A DNA stretch of 64,000 nt from Bacteroidales bacterium (GTDB taxonomy: Bacteria > Bacteroidota > Bacteroidia > Bacteroidales > NBLH01): contig JAXLTR010000011.1 of the NCBI GenBank assembly GCA_046329965.1, forward strand, positions 142,418 to 206,417, read 5' to 3'. The notes under the pieces were generated by a model. It saw only the letters and a list, made by a program, of their open reading frames with translations. It was not told the origin of the DNA and ran no database searches. The position numbers and the translations under genes are program-made. Below, one piece after another: positions 19,627 to 30,129 of the stretch (positions are counted from its first letter, which is position 1; the number at the start of each line of letters is the position of its first letter).

Positions 19627-20970
19627 ATGGCATCAATAATTCAAAACTGGAATGTAGAAGACATCAATTTTTGGGAATCGACCGGAAAAAGAATTGCATG
19701 GAAAACACTTACAATTACCACAATAGCACTAATATTTTCATTTGCAAGCTGGTTTATGATGAGTGTTATAGTAGTAAAACTCCCTGGCATTGGTTTTAAA
19801 TATTCTACAAACCAGTTGTTCTGGCTGGCTGCAATGCCGGGCCTTGCAGGCGGAACACTGCGCATTATCCACACTTTCCTTCTGCCAATTTATGGCACAC
19901 GTAAAATTATTTCGGTGGCAACTATCATTAAATTATTACCATGCATTGGAATAGGTTTGGCTGTGATGGACAATACAACACCATATTGGGTTTTTATGGT
20001 TCTGGCTCTTACTGCAGGTTTCGGTGGTGGTGACTTTTCATCGTTTATGCCTAGCACAAGTGTGTTTTTTCCTAAACGTTTGCAAGGAACAGCTTTAGGT
20101 ATACAGGCAGGAATAGGCAATTTTGGTGTTAGTTTGGCCCAGTTTTTAACTCCGGCAATGATAGGTGTTTCAATTTATGGAACATCACAGGTATTTACCA
20201 AGGTAAATCCTAAAACCAAAGAAATTTTAGAAACCTCTGATATTTACCTCCAAAGCGCTGCAATTTGGTATATTCCTGTATTAATTTTAGTTGCAGTTCT
20301 TGCATGGTTCACTTTGCGAAGCATTCCTGTAAAAGCCTCATTTAAAGAACAATTAGATATTTTCAAAAATAAGCATACCTGGTTTTGTACGATAACTTAT
20401 TTGATGACATTTGGTACATTTTCAGGACTTTCAGCAGCTTTTCCATTGATGATAAAAACACTTTATGGCAGTTTTGAAAATGCTCCCGATCCTTTGGTGT
20501 TTGCATTCTATGGCCCACTGATTGGTTCAGCAAGCCGTGTTTTGTTTGGATTTGTGGCAGATAAAACTGGTGGGGCTATTTTAACCACTATTACAGGCAT
20601 AGGCCTTGCAATAGGTTGTACTTTGCTCATAACTATGGGTTTAGTTGCTCCTACAGGAATGGAAGAGTTCCCAATTTTTGTAACAATAATGCTTTGTTTG
20701 TTTTTCTTTACAGGTGTTGGTAATGCCGCTACTTTCAGGCAGTTTCCAATCATTTTTGGAAAAAATCCTCGCCAGGCAGCTGGCGTAATAGGCTGGACTG
20801 CAGCAATTGCCGCTTATGGTCCATTTATTTTTGCAACCATTATCGGGGCAGTTATTTCTTCCAATGGTAACGCAAAAGCATTTTTTATTGGCCTGCTTTT
20901 ATTTGTAATAATTGCCACTCTGTTAAATTGGTATTATTACAATAGAAAAGGATGTGAAGCTCCAAGTTAG
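19627..20970 (+). CDS. narK: MFS nitrate/nitrite antiporter
   Basis: 447 aa with 12 TM helices. 'AGFGGGDFSSFMP' and 'GVGNAATFRQFP' are nitrate/nitrite-porter signature-like boxes. Confidence 0.88.
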   Translation: MASIIQNWNVEDINFWESTGKRIAWKTLTITTIALIFSFASWFMMSVIVVKLPGIGFKYSTNQLFWLAAMPGLAGGTLRIIHTFLLPIYGTRKIISVATIIKLLPCIGIGLAVMDNTTPYWVFMVLALTAGFGGGDFSSFMPSTSVFFPKRLQGTALGIQAGIGNFGVSLAQFLTPAMIGVSIYGTSQVFTKVNPKTKEILETSDIYLQSAAIWYIPVLILVAVLAWFTLRSIPVKASFKEQLDIFKNKHTWFCTITYLMTFGTFSGLSAAFPLMIKTLYGSFENAPDPLVFAFYGPLIGSASRVLFGFVADKTGGAILTTITGIGLAIGCTLLITMGLVAPTGMEEFPIFVTIMLCLFFFTGVGNAATFRQFPIIFGKNPRQAAGVIGWTAAIAAYGPFIFATIIGAVISSNGNAKAFFIGLLLFVIIATLLNWYYYNRKGCEAPS

Positions 20971-21049
20971 ATAATCTTAAAGTACTATTAATTAGTTTCT
21001 TAACTTAAATTTTCTGGTTGTTTTCAGTGTCCAAAAAATACAAAATTCT

Positions 21050-21739
21050 ATGAAAAAATTCATTCTTTTATGTTTTTGGTTTTGTTCTATTATCACACAA
21101 TATTTAAGTGCACAGAATATTTCAGTCAATCAGTTTAAAGTTGGGGATAAAATTGATGAAAGGTTTACAGCTTTTAAACTTGCAGATTATCAGAATGCTG
21201 AACCAAAATTTGAAATAAAATTTATTGATAAATTAACTGATATTAATATTATTTGCTTTTATCGTGATTTGGGTGCTACCGCAATTATGAATATGGAAGA
21301 AATTCATATTTATCTGGTTAAAAACAATAAAATAATCTTTGAGCGTGGTGAATCTTTTGGCAGAGAAAATAATCCAATATTTGAAGCTTTTTATGATGTT
21401 TTTTTTCAATATATCGAATTAAAGCATGAATGGAAAGAAAGCGATGAAGGCTCAATGGGCTATGATAAAGCAAAAGATTTTACCGATGGATTAAGATTTG
21501 TTTTGAGTAACGATAAATTAATTCCACTATCTGAACTTTCAAAAACAGAACTGCGCATTTACCGTAATTTAATATTTGCAAGATATGGATATGTATTTAA
21601 GTCGAAAGATTTAAACGACTATTTTATGGCAACTTACTGGTATAAACCGAATCCCAATGTTAAAATAAATGAAATAATGACGGCACGCGATAAAGAACTT
21701 TCAAATTACATTTTACAGATTGAATCAAATAAGAAATGA
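21050..21739 (+). CDS. Exported YARHG-domain protein
   Basis: 229 aa with a signal peptide. The C-terminal 'LRIYRNLIFARYGYVFKSKDLNDYF' is the YARHG motif. Confidence 0.7.
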   Translation: MKKFILLCFWFCSIITQYLSAQNISVNQFKVGDKIDERFTAFKLADYQNAEPKFEIKFIDKLTDINIICFYRDLGATAIMNMEEIHIYLVKNNKIIFERGESFGRENNPIFEAFYDVFFQYIELKHEWKESDEGSMGYDKAKDFTDGLRFVLSNDKLIPLSELSKTELRIYRNLIFARYGYVFKSKDLNDYFMATYWYKPNPNVKINEIMTARDKELSNYILQIESNKK

Positions 21740-21899
21740 ATTGATTTTAATACTGCTAGTAACATTTTTTAATTGAAACGATGAAATCTCAATTAGCCGA
21801 TTTATTCTGAAAACAGACTAATTTTTAACTTTTATAATTTTTTCATATGGATATGTTAAGTTTCAAAATTCAAAACCTTGATTCGTAGATTTATAAAAA

Positions 21900-23300
21900 A
21901 TGGAAAACTCAAATAAATATAATGCAGTAGTTGTAGGTGGTATACATGGAGTAACCTGCATTTTCCCAACATTAAAAAGCATAATCGATTATGAAGAAAA
22001 TGATAAAGTACCTTATCAAGGATATCCCCGCTTTATTGCCCACCCTTATGTTGTAGCAGTACAAGAGAACCATAAACGAACCGATAAGGATGTTTTTGCC
22101 ATTCAAAGCCCCGAAGCTGCGAATTTTGTGCACTTGAATTATTTTGACCAACCAACAAGGAATCATTCTTTTTGTGAATCGCAGGAAAAAAATGGGAATA
22201 AGTATGGGTTAATATATGTTGATAAAGATTTTGCGCAAAGTGCAAAAAATAGCATAACAAACGCCGGTGTAATCTTAAGTTCCAGAAAAGCAGAAAGGAT
22301 ATTAAAAATGCTAAATCCCCCAATCCGTTCCGAAACGTTGAACCACAAATTAAGTCAACTGGAAAAAGGTTCAGTACCGGAATTGACTTTTGATTACACA
22401 AGTGGCATGTCCGCAATTTTTGATGCTATAATAAGTTTAATTTCCGAAGCTAAAAACATTGCAGTTATTGGAAACACTTATGTTGATAGCGCAAAAATAT
22501 TTCACAATTTGCCTGAAAGGTTTAGTTATGGTAAAACACAGTTCTTTTCTGATTGCGAAAACATGGAACTGTCAGATAACACAGGGATTGTTTTCATTGA
22601 GATTCCTTCAAATCCAAAGTTGAGAGTTGAGAACCTTTCTTCTCTGGTTCAAAAGGCACACAGCAAAGGGGCAATTGTAATTGTTGATAGCACCATTGCT
22701 ACGCCCTTTCATTATTCTCCATTCGATTATGGTGCAGATATCATAATACATAGCACTACAAAATCTTTAAGCGGGAAGAACAACCATTTGGGAGGGGTTC
22801 TTTTTGTTAACCCGAAATCACCTCTTTTGGCATACAAACTTCATCATCATGCTTTTAAACTTGATGAGGAGGAGGGACTGGTACTTGAAGATAATTTGAC
22901 AGGTTTTGCAGATAGAATAAAGACAATGAATGACAATGCCCTGAAGGTATTCAATTATTTGAAGTTAGAAAAAAACGTTAACAATATATATTTTGCCAAA
23001 GGACTTCAAAATGGAAATGGGCATATAATAAGTTTTGAATTAAACGAAGTCAATTTTCGAATTGCTGAAGCGTTCTATGATAATTGCACCCTGCCAGTCA
23101 AAGGACCCAGTATGGGGTACGAAAAATCCATGCTCATGCCATATACATTATTTACACATTACAGTTATAGTGATGAGTACCTGGCCAAAATTGGACTGGA
23201 AAAGTATCTTATGAGATTATCAGTTGGAACAGAAAGTGTTGAAGAAATTATCGATCATTTATCTAATGGATTTCGGGCCGTGGACGCCATAAAGATGTAA
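21900..23300 (+). CDS. PLP-dependent Cys/Met-metabolism family enzyme (cystathionine gamma-synthase/lyase-like) with a roughly 150-aa N-terminal extension
   Basis: 466 aa. 'VDSTIATPFHYSPFDYGADIIIHSTTKSLSGKNNHLGG' contains the family's S-x-T-K PLP-lysine motif. Confidence 0.75.
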   Translation: MENSNKYNAVVVGGIHGVTCIFPTLKSIIDYEENDKVPYQGYPRFIAHPYVVAVQENHKRTDKDVFAIQSPEAANFVHLNYFDQPTRNHSFCESQEKNGNKYGLIYVDKDFAQSAKNSITNAGVILSSRKAERILKMLNPPIRSETLNHKLSQLEKGSVPELTFDYTSGMSAIFDAIISLISEAKNIAVIGNTYVDSAKIFHNLPERFSYGKTQFFSDCENMELSDNTGIVFIEIPSNPKLRVENLSSLVQKAHSKGAIVIVDSTIATPFHYSPFDYGADIIIHSTTKSLSGKNNHLGGVLFVNPKSPLLAYKLHHHAFKLDEEEGLVLEDNLTGFADRIKTMNDNALKVFNYLKLEKNVNNIYFAKGLQNGNGHIISFELNEVNFRIAEAFYDNCTLPVKGPSMGYEKSMLMPYTLFTHYSYSDEYLAKIGLEKYLMRLSVGTESVEEIIDHLSNGFRAVDAIKM

Positions 23301-23473
23301 ATAAAGGATTTGCTTTTATTCTTAATGACAAAATCAACATTATGTATATGATATAACTCTGAAAGTTTCCGTTTGCCAACTTTATTTCTTTAAGGCGCAA
23401 CTAACCAAAGTATTTTAAAATATCCTTATGATTTGAAGAAGGGCCCTAAATATCAGTTTTAAAATTAATTAGA

Positions 23474-24676
23474 ATGTCAGAACTTATAAATAACAGTACA
23501 ACCCGTATCAATCGATTGTATGAATTTGCGCATCGCTTTATAGATGGTGAAAATGTAAATTCTTTAATTAATGATTACCAAGAACTTAACAAAAGTATCA
23601 CCGCCATTGAAACCATGCAAGTATTAGATTTGTTGTTGTTAAAGGGTTATTCTCTTGAAAAAGTTAAGCTAAATGTTGGTAAGCTCATCAATGTTTATTA
23701 TAAATCGCTAAATTCAAACAACTGGGAAAAGCCAGGCGAAGGCCATTTCATTTATTACATGATGCAGGAAAACAATGGAGCAAGAAAAATAATGACTGCC
23801 TTAAAACCTTTGATCAGAGAAATTCATAAAAGAGATTTGGGAGTAGATTCTGAACCTGTTTTGCAACTTAAATTGTTGCTTAACAAGCTGAAAGATTTTG
23901 AATTACATTACATAAAGAAGGAGAATATACTTTTTCCATATATTGAAAAAATATTTCCTCAGTATCGCTGCCTGCAAATTATGTGGTCCTTTCACGATGA
24001 TTCCAGAAAAAGCATGAAATCTTTGGAAAATATCTTGCAGGCAGGTAAACTCGACAAGAATTTATTAAATATTGAATTGGGAAAACTGTTTTTTGCAACA
24101 TTACCAATCATTTTCAGAACAGAGCAAATTTTATTTCCAGTGGCCTTCAGTACAATATCTGAAGAAGGATGGGACGAAATGCTGGATCAAAGTTTTGAGG
24201 CAGGCTGGTGCTTTGGTGTAAAACCTCAAAGAACCCAAAATCAAAAAAAAACGGAAACTACCCATGAAGGGAAAATTAACCTGGACACAGGATTTCTATA
24301 TCCAGCCCAACTAATTTTGCTTTTCGAAAACCTTCCGGTAGACATAACTTATGTAGATGAAAACGATGAAGTTTGTTACTTTTCGGGGGCCAAACACAGG
24401 ATATTCCCACGTTCAAAGGCAATTATTGGCCGCAAAGTACAAAACTGTCATCCACCTGAAAGTGTTCATATTGTGAATGAAATTGTGGAAGCATTCAGAA
24501 ATGGGAAAAAAGAAAAAGCCGATTTCTGGATTCAGATGAAAGGACGTTTTATTCACATCCGCTACTTTGCTTTGCGCAATGAAAATGGTGAATATAAAGG
24601 AACTATTGAAGTAAGCCAGGATGTTACTGAAATTAGGGCATTAGAAGGAGAACAAAGATTATTGGACTGGTACTAA
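23474..24676 (+). CDS. DUF438-family protein (second paralog; hemerythrin-like + PAS-like)
   Basis: 400 aa. The C-terminus 'CHPPESVHIVNEIVEAFRNGKKEKADFWIQMKGRFIHIRYFALRNENGEYKGTIEVSQDV' is closely parallel to 4524-5771. Confidence 0.7.
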   Translation: MSELINNSTTRINRLYEFAHRFIDGENVNSLINDYQELNKSITAIETMQVLDLLLLKGYSLEKVKLNVGKLINVYYKSLNSNNWEKPGEGHFIYYMMQENNGARKIMTALKPLIREIHKRDLGVDSEPVLQLKLLLNKLKDFELHYIKKENILFPYIEKIFPQYRCLQIMWSFHDDSRKSMKSLENILQAGKLDKNLLNIELGKLFFATLPIIFRTEQILFPVAFSTISEEGWDEMLDQSFEAGWCFGVKPQRTQNQKKTETTHEGKINLDTGFLYPAQLILLFENLPVDITYVDENDEVCYFSGAKHRIFPRSKAIIGRKVQNCHPPESVHIVNEIVEAFRNGKKEKADFWIQMKGRFIHIRYFALRNENGEYKGTIEVSQDVTEIRALEGEQRLLDWY

Positions 24677-24687
24677 TAATAACAAAT

Positions 24688-25182
24688 ATGAAAAAAAATT
24701 TAATCCTATGTTCATTCATAATTCTATTAAGTTCTGCATCCTCATTAGCTCAAACTGATTGGGGTTACTGGTATGAAACAGATTGTTCGAAAGGTTTGGA
24801 ATTCAGGGTTAAGCGCCTGGAATGCAACCAGCATGAAAAAAAGTACAAATGGGCGGTACAATTCAGAAACAAGTACCAGCATGATATCCATTTTAATTGT
24901 ATAGCCGTTGAACCGCAACGTGAACGCGAAATTAAAGCCTTGGGAAAAGCCTCCGACAGATTTCACGTGGAAAGACTAACGAAAATGGTCATGCATGGTT
25001 TCAGGTTGATTCGCAGAAACGATGAGTACGACGATTTCAACTCCCTGGCATTCTGTTTGAGTTCAACCGAAACCCAAAAAAGCGGTGCATGTGCGTGGTA
25101 TTTATACAGTCATAAGAACCGTTCCCACGGCTATCAGCTATGTAAAGAGCTAGGACTGTCTGTCATATGTATTAAAGAATAA
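24688..25182 (+). CDS. Exported hypothetical protein
   Basis: 164 aa. It has the signal peptide 'MKKNLILCSFIILLSSASSLAQ', starts 11 nt after the DUF438 stop, and has no recognisable domain. Confidence 0.5.
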   Translation: MKKNLILCSFIILLSSASSLAQTDWGYWYETDCSKGLEFRVKRLECNQHEKKYKWAVQFRNKYQHDIHFNCIAVEPQREREIKALGKASDRFHVERLTKMVMHGFRLIRRNDEYDDFNSLAFCLSSTETQKSGACAWYLYSHKNRSHGYQLCKELGLSVICIKE

Positions 25183-25297
25183 AACAAGAGATAGAAACCG
25201 GGAACTAGTATTATGTATAATTTGTTTGAAAATCAAAAATAATGTAATTGTCAATATTGTAAAGTGTTATTAATATATCAACAAAACAAAATTTATT

Positions 25298-27007
25298 ATG
25301 ATAAAATATTTGCTGATAATCCCGCTGTTTACGTTTTCTGGATTTGCAGTTTGTGCACAACAAACCAATTCAATGTATTCACAAGCTCAAGACAGACTTA
25401 ACCCCATTGCACATACCAAGCCAATAACCGCCCTGGCAACTTCGGCAGACGGCAAGTGGCTGGCATCGGCCTCTTCGGGCGACGGGGTGGTAATTATTTG
25501 GAATCTGGAATCAGGCAAAATGAAACAGCGCTTCAGGTTAGATAAGGAGGCTATCGACCGGATTCTTTTCAGCTTCGATAACCAAATCCTTATTTTGGCT
25601 TGTAACCGCGAACTGGTTTTTTTGAATTCAGCCACAGGCATAATTCAAAAAGTAGTACCTTTTCAACAACCCATTAGCTCATTCTGCCCCTCACCGCTTT
25701 ACGACAGGCTTTTTGTAACTACCGGAAATCCACCATTTTTTTCGCAGCCTGTCGATTCAACAAGTGAATTTCTGATATACTCCCTGACAGAAAATAAGAT
25801 TGAAAGAAAGTTCCTTTTTTTTCAGCCCATAAAAAAGGTTGAATTTGTTCTCGAAACCAATTCGCTTGCCCTTGCCTTTTATGACGGGAATATCAGCCTG
25901 CGAGATTATATGGGGTATGAAATTACAAAACACACATTTTCTTACAAACCAACAGTACAAACGGCAATTATTCCTGACAATACCATTATTATAGCCTCCG
26001 GAAATCAGCTTCAGAAAAGAAATCTGCTTTCGGGTAAGGATGAGGGTTCTATCAAAATACCCGGTTTAGTTTCTATTCAGGATATGAAAATTGGCGATAA
26101 CAGCTCGGTTATGGTTATCCTCAGCAATTATCCAAAACCCATAGTCAGAAAAATCAACCTGGTTAACGGAGAAACCATTAACCAATGCCGGTTGGCCTCA
26201 AATGCCAGCGTATTAATGACAGATAATAAACAAAAAACACTTTTTGTGACCGATGGTGAAACCATTCGTATTGTTGATTTAGAATCGCTCAAAACTATTA
26301 AAATTCTTGGCGGACACAACGAATGGATTACCTCGTTAAACCTTGATATTCAGAAAAAAGAGTTATATACTTTAACCGGCGATTCTTTAAAATTCACATG
26401 GAATCTGAAATCAGGTAAACTTACAGCAGCAAGCAAATTGCCAAAGATAGAATTAACAAATGCCTTTACCTTACCGGAAAATAAATCAAAAATACAATTG
26501 CTAGGCTTCGACCGACAAATCATTATTAATTATTCCGATACGTACGACCCTATAAATGGGATATTCTCTAAGGCTGACACCTTAAAAGCCAGCGATGGTT
26601 TCAAATTCAATTCGGCAGTTTTATCTCCTGATGAAGAAAAATTGGCCATTGCCTGTTCCGACGGAACAATCAGAATGTTCAGTTTAACTCATATGAAATT
26701 TACAGGCCGATTCATCGGACATAGTTCAGGTGTTACTACTATGGTTTTTTTGAACGATAACCTGTTGTTCTCCGGCTCGGAAGACCATACTGTAAAATTA
26801 TGGGCGGTCGTTGATTTTAGTCTATTAGCTACACTTGTAACCTTAGGTGAAAAAGATTGGATTGTATTCGACGAAGACTGCAAATACCATGCTTCGGCGA
26901 AAAATTTATACGAACAATTCAATGAAACAAATTTCGGTTCAGAAAAAATAAATATCCGATTTGAGCCAAATTTATTATCAAAGATTTTTAAGAAATATCC
27001 AAAGTAA
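25298..27007 (+). CDS. Exported WD40-repeat (beta-propeller) protein
   Basis: 569 aa with a signal peptide. WD-type blades include 'HTKPITALATSADGKWLASASSGDGVVIIWNL', 'GHNEWITSLNL' and 'GHSSGVTTMVFLNDNLLFSGSEDHTVKLWAV'. Confidence 0.8.
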   Translation: MIKYLLIIPLFTFSGFAVCAQQTNSMYSQAQDRLNPIAHTKPITALATSADGKWLASASSGDGVVIIWNLESGKMKQRFRLDKEAIDRILFSFDNQILILACNRELVFLNSATGIIQKVVPFQQPISSFCPSPLYDRLFVTTGNPPFFSQPVDSTSEFLIYSLTENKIERKFLFFQPIKKVEFVLETNSLALAFYDGNISLRDYMGYEITKHTFSYKPTVQTAIIPDNTIIIASGNQLQKRNLLSGKDEGSIKIPGLVSIQDMKIGDNSSVMVILSNYPKPIVRKINLVNGETINQCRLASNASVLMTDNKQKTLFVTDGETIRIVDLESLKTIKILGGHNEWITSLNLDIQKKELYTLTGDSLKFTWNLKSGKLTAASKLPKIELTNAFTLPENKSKIQLLGFDRQIIINYSDTYDPINGIFSKADTLKASDGFKFNSAVLSPDEEKLAIACSDGTIRMFSLTHMKFTGRFIGHSSGVTTMVFLNDNLLFSGSEDHTVKLWAVVDFSLLATLVTLGEKDWIVFDEDCKYHASAKNLYEQFNETNFGSEKINIRFEPNLLSKIFKKYPK

Positions 27008-27060
27008 AAATGAATAGTATAATTATACAATATATTTTTATTCTATATAAACTATTTTTT

Positions 27061-27789
27061 ATGAAAATTAAGTATTTAAATCTGATTTTTGCGTCTGTCG
27101 CATTTTCTATTATTTATAAATTAGATGTCAAAGCACAAACTAACAACCCTGAAATTTTTTCTGAAATAAAAAAAATTATTAAACAGGACAATCCGGCAAT
27201 TAACGAGCAATTTGATTATTATTTTTACGAAAAAAAGTTATTTGAAGAAGCATACACCAAATACAGTTCCATGTTTTTGGTTAATAACGAAGACAAAGGT
27301 AATGAATCTTATCAATCGATTGATCTTACTTCGGTTAAATCAATGAATTATAGCATTCCGCCGAATAAAGATTTTGTCTACATTATAAAGTTTCAAATAT
27401 CAAACGGTTCAAAATCAGAAGTAATAAAATTGTCGATTTTAGGAGATTATCCAAATCGCAAACATAAAGACGGATACTGCATGTATCATCTTGCCGATAA
27501 AAACGGAAATTTTTATTCTTTTATAACTGCAACAGACGTTAACAATCATCGTTACGAATATCCTGAAAATAACCCGATAAAATGTAATAAAAACGGTTGG
27601 ATTATTATAAACGTAGCTAAAATTGGCGATAAATTGTTTTTTATAGATTTATTGGAAGAAACGGTTTTACACACGGCATACCTGCCCGATGAACTAAAAA
27701 ACCGGACATTATCTTTCAGGCCGACATTTATGCTAAAACCGCGTACTCAGGTCCAAGTAGATTGGGTCGGAATTTGGGTTACAAAATAA
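27061..27789 (+). CDS. Exported hypothetical protein
   Basis: The ORF track starts at 27010. The ATG at 27061 gives the signal-like 'MKIKYLNLIFASVAFSIIYKLDVKAQ'. No domain was recognised. Confidence 0.45.
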   Translation: MKIKYLNLIFASVAFSIIYKLDVKAQTNNPEIFSEIKKIIKQDNPAINEQFDYYFYEKKLFEEAYTKYSSMFLVNNEDKGNESYQSIDLTSVKSMNYSIPPNKDFVYIIKFQISNGSKSEVIKLSILGDYPNRKHKDGYCMYHLADKNGNFYSFITATDVNNHRYEYPENNPIKCNKNGWIIINVAKIGDKLFFIDLLEETVLHTAYLPDELKNRTLSFRPTFMLKPRTQVQVDWVGIWVTK

Positions 27790-27840
27790 TCCGCTTACTA
27801 AAATTAAATATCAAATAAAAACCTTTTAAAACATTTTTCT

Positions 27841-29412
27841 ATGAAAAAATTCATTATTCTGCTGTTTATCGCATTACTAATTACTAATACAAATGCTCAA
27901 ACTATAAAAAACCTTAAAGGCGAAGAGGTTAAATTCTGGGATATTTTTGAACAGCCCAAAGACAACAAACCGCTGATAATATATACGTGGTCGTACAGCA
28001 ACTGCGGGAAATGTTCTTTAATTTTAGACAAATTAAACCAAAGCTTGCCCGAATTAAAAGAAAAATATGGTTTACGAGTTATTGCTATAAACACCGACAA
28101 TGCTGAAGCATTAAGAATTAAATTCCCGGAAATGTTTGCAAAATATCAAAACTCGGTAAAAAATTTCGTGAACGCACAAATTCAACAAAAAGGCTGGAAT
28201 TTTGAATCCTATTACGATGATAATAATGCACTTAAAAACGAATTAAATATGGTTATAGAGCCGCATGTAATTATTTCGGTAAATAAGGAAACTGTTTTTG
28301 CTATGAAAGGCATTATGAAAAATGGAAATAACCAGCCCGACGCTAATATCAGCTTAAATTATGTTTTAAGAATTTTAAAAAGTATATACGAAGACCAAGT
28401 ATGTTATTTTGACGAAAATTGGAAATATATATTAGAATACGAAAAACCGGTTTACAAAAGAGAAATAATTAAGACCGGTAACATGTATGAAATTACAGAC
28501 AGTTGGATTTCGGGCGAAATTCAAATGAAAGGTTATTTTAAAGACAGATTTGTAAACCATAATGAAGGCAAATGCACCTGGTACTATAAAAACGGAAATA
28601 AAGAATCTGAAATAAATTTTAAGGAAAACATTGAGTCGGGAATAGAAAAGGCCTTTTACGAAAACGGAAATTTGAAATTTGAAGGAATTAATTTAAAAGG
28701 AAAACGCGAGATGGAATGGTCTTTTTATGATATTAAAGGAAAATTAACCGAAACCGTTTATTACGAAAAAGGCATAAAAATTAAAGAAGAAAAAATTGCA
28801 GACCCTTCAAACGCATGCGAAGGAAACTGCTCGAAAGGGGTCGGAAAAATTGAATCAGAAAACGTAACTTATATAGGCGAATTTAAAGACAATAAAGTAA
28901 CCGGACTCGGAACTTTTTACCTGCCCAACAATGAGTTTTATTTCGGAACTTTCGATAACAATTTACCACATGGATTAAATTATCATGTTTATTCAAATTG
29001 GGAATTTGATGTCAGCTATTTTAACCACGGCGAAAAATCTGAAACCAAAATTAACGCTTACAAAGCAATTGACGATTTGGATTTGAACAAAAGCGGTTGC
29101 GTATCGGGCGATTGCAAAAACGGATACGGAGTTTACATTTTTAATGGAAATTGGGACGGAGATATTTATTTCGGAACATGGAAAAACGGGCTTAGGGACG
29201 GGATTGGAAATTACTACTATAAAAACGGTGCAATTTACAATGGAGAGTTTAAAGAAAATCATTTATCAGGAAAAGGAACTTACTTTTTTGAAACCGGAGA
29301 CGTATTTGTCGGAAACTGGAAAAATAACTTACGACACGGCAAAGGTTTGTATATATTTAACGATTTAACATCTAAGAAAGGTCTTTGGGTTGAAGACAAA
29401 TTCACTAATTAA
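27841..29412 (+). CDS. Exported thioredoxin-like (TlpA/ResA-type) domain fused to YwqK-like and MORN repeats
   Basis: 523 aa with a signal peptide. 'PLIIYTWSYSNCGKCS' is a CxxC in a Trx-like context. The middle 'WYYKNGNKESEINFKENIESGIEKAFYENGNL' is MORN-variant. The C-terminus 'YFGTWKNGLRDGIGNYYYKNGAIYNGEFKENHLSGKGTYFF' is canonical MORN. Confidence 0.72.
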   Translation: MKKFIILLFIALLITNTNAQTIKNLKGEEVKFWDIFEQPKDNKPLIIYTWSYSNCGKCSLILDKLNQSLPELKEKYGLRVIAINTDNAEALRIKFPEMFAKYQNSVKNFVNAQIQQKGWNFESYYDDNNALKNELNMVIEPHVIISVNKETVFAMKGIMKNGNNQPDANISLNYVLRILKSIYEDQVCYFDENWKYILEYEKPVYKREIIKTGNMYEITDSWISGEIQMKGYFKDRFVNHNEGKCTWYYKNGNKESEINFKENIESGIEKAFYENGNLKFEGINLKGKREMEWSFYDIKGKLTETVYYEKGIKIKEEKIADPSNACEGNCSKGVGKIESENVTYIGEFKDNKVTGLGTFYLPNNEFYFGTFDNNLPHGLNYHVYSNWEFDVSYFNHGEKSETKINAYKAIDDLDLNKSGCVSGDCKNGYGVYIFNGNWDGDIYFGTWKNGLRDGIGNYYYKNGAIYNGEFKENHLSGKGTYFFETGDVFVGNWKNNLRHGKGLYIFNDLTSKKGLWVEDKFTN

Positions 29413-29492
29413 TATGATTTCGGTTTATCATAAAAATCATACTAAAAACACTTTACAAGCAAAATCTATAAAATAAATTAAAATATAAACAA

Positions 29493-30083
29493 ATGAAAGC
29501 AATCTTCATTCTCATTCTTGTATTAGCAACGCCAAACTTAAACCTGTTTTCGCAATACAGCTATACAGAATACAAAAAGACCCGGCAAATTTACATTGAA
29601 AATTTTAAAAATAAAGGTGGTAAAGTAAGGATAGAAGCAGGAAATATTGAACCAAACAGGTATATTGAGAGTTTTGCCTTTCCGGAAAACATAAATTTTG
29701 AAATTGAAGGCGAATTGGAGAATATAAATGCTACGCAAAACAAGCATGGTATTGCCGGTATTTATTTTGGTTACTATGCCTTTTGCATCAACTCAAAAAG
29801 TGAGTTTTCAATTATGGTCGATGGTGAAGGGATATACAGTACTTTTAATTTTACACAATCCGACAAAATTAAAAAAGGCAAAAACAAACTTACTCTGCGG
29901 AGAATTAGCGATACGTATTATTTCTTCATCAATGAGACTTTTGTATACCAAACAAAAGATGTTTCGGTATTAGATATTCTGGAAGAAGGGGTGCTTGGTT
30001 TCCTGGCTATGCACAATACGAGTTTATATGCATATAAATTAGAGGTGAATCATATTGAAAGCATTTATTCTGCAACAAGGTAA
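29493..30083 (+). CDS. Exported hypothetical protein (possibly jelly-roll/LamG-like)
   Basis: 196 aa with a signal peptide. 'NKLTLRRISDTYYFFINETFVY' is reminiscent of concanavalin-like lectin folds. This assignment is weak. Confidence 0.4.
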   Translation: MKAIFILILVLATPNLNLFSQYSYTEYKKTRQIYIENFKNKGGKVRIEAGNIEPNRYIESFAFPENINFEIEGELENINATQNKHGIAGIYFGYYAFCINSKSEFSIMVDGEGIYSTFNFTQSDKIKKGKNKLTLRRISDTYYFFINETFVYQTKDVSVLDILEEGVLGFLAMHNTSLYAYKLEVNHIESIYSATR

Positions 30084-30129
30084 ACTATAAAATTGATGCA
30101 ATACAAACACAAATAAAAACAAATTTACA

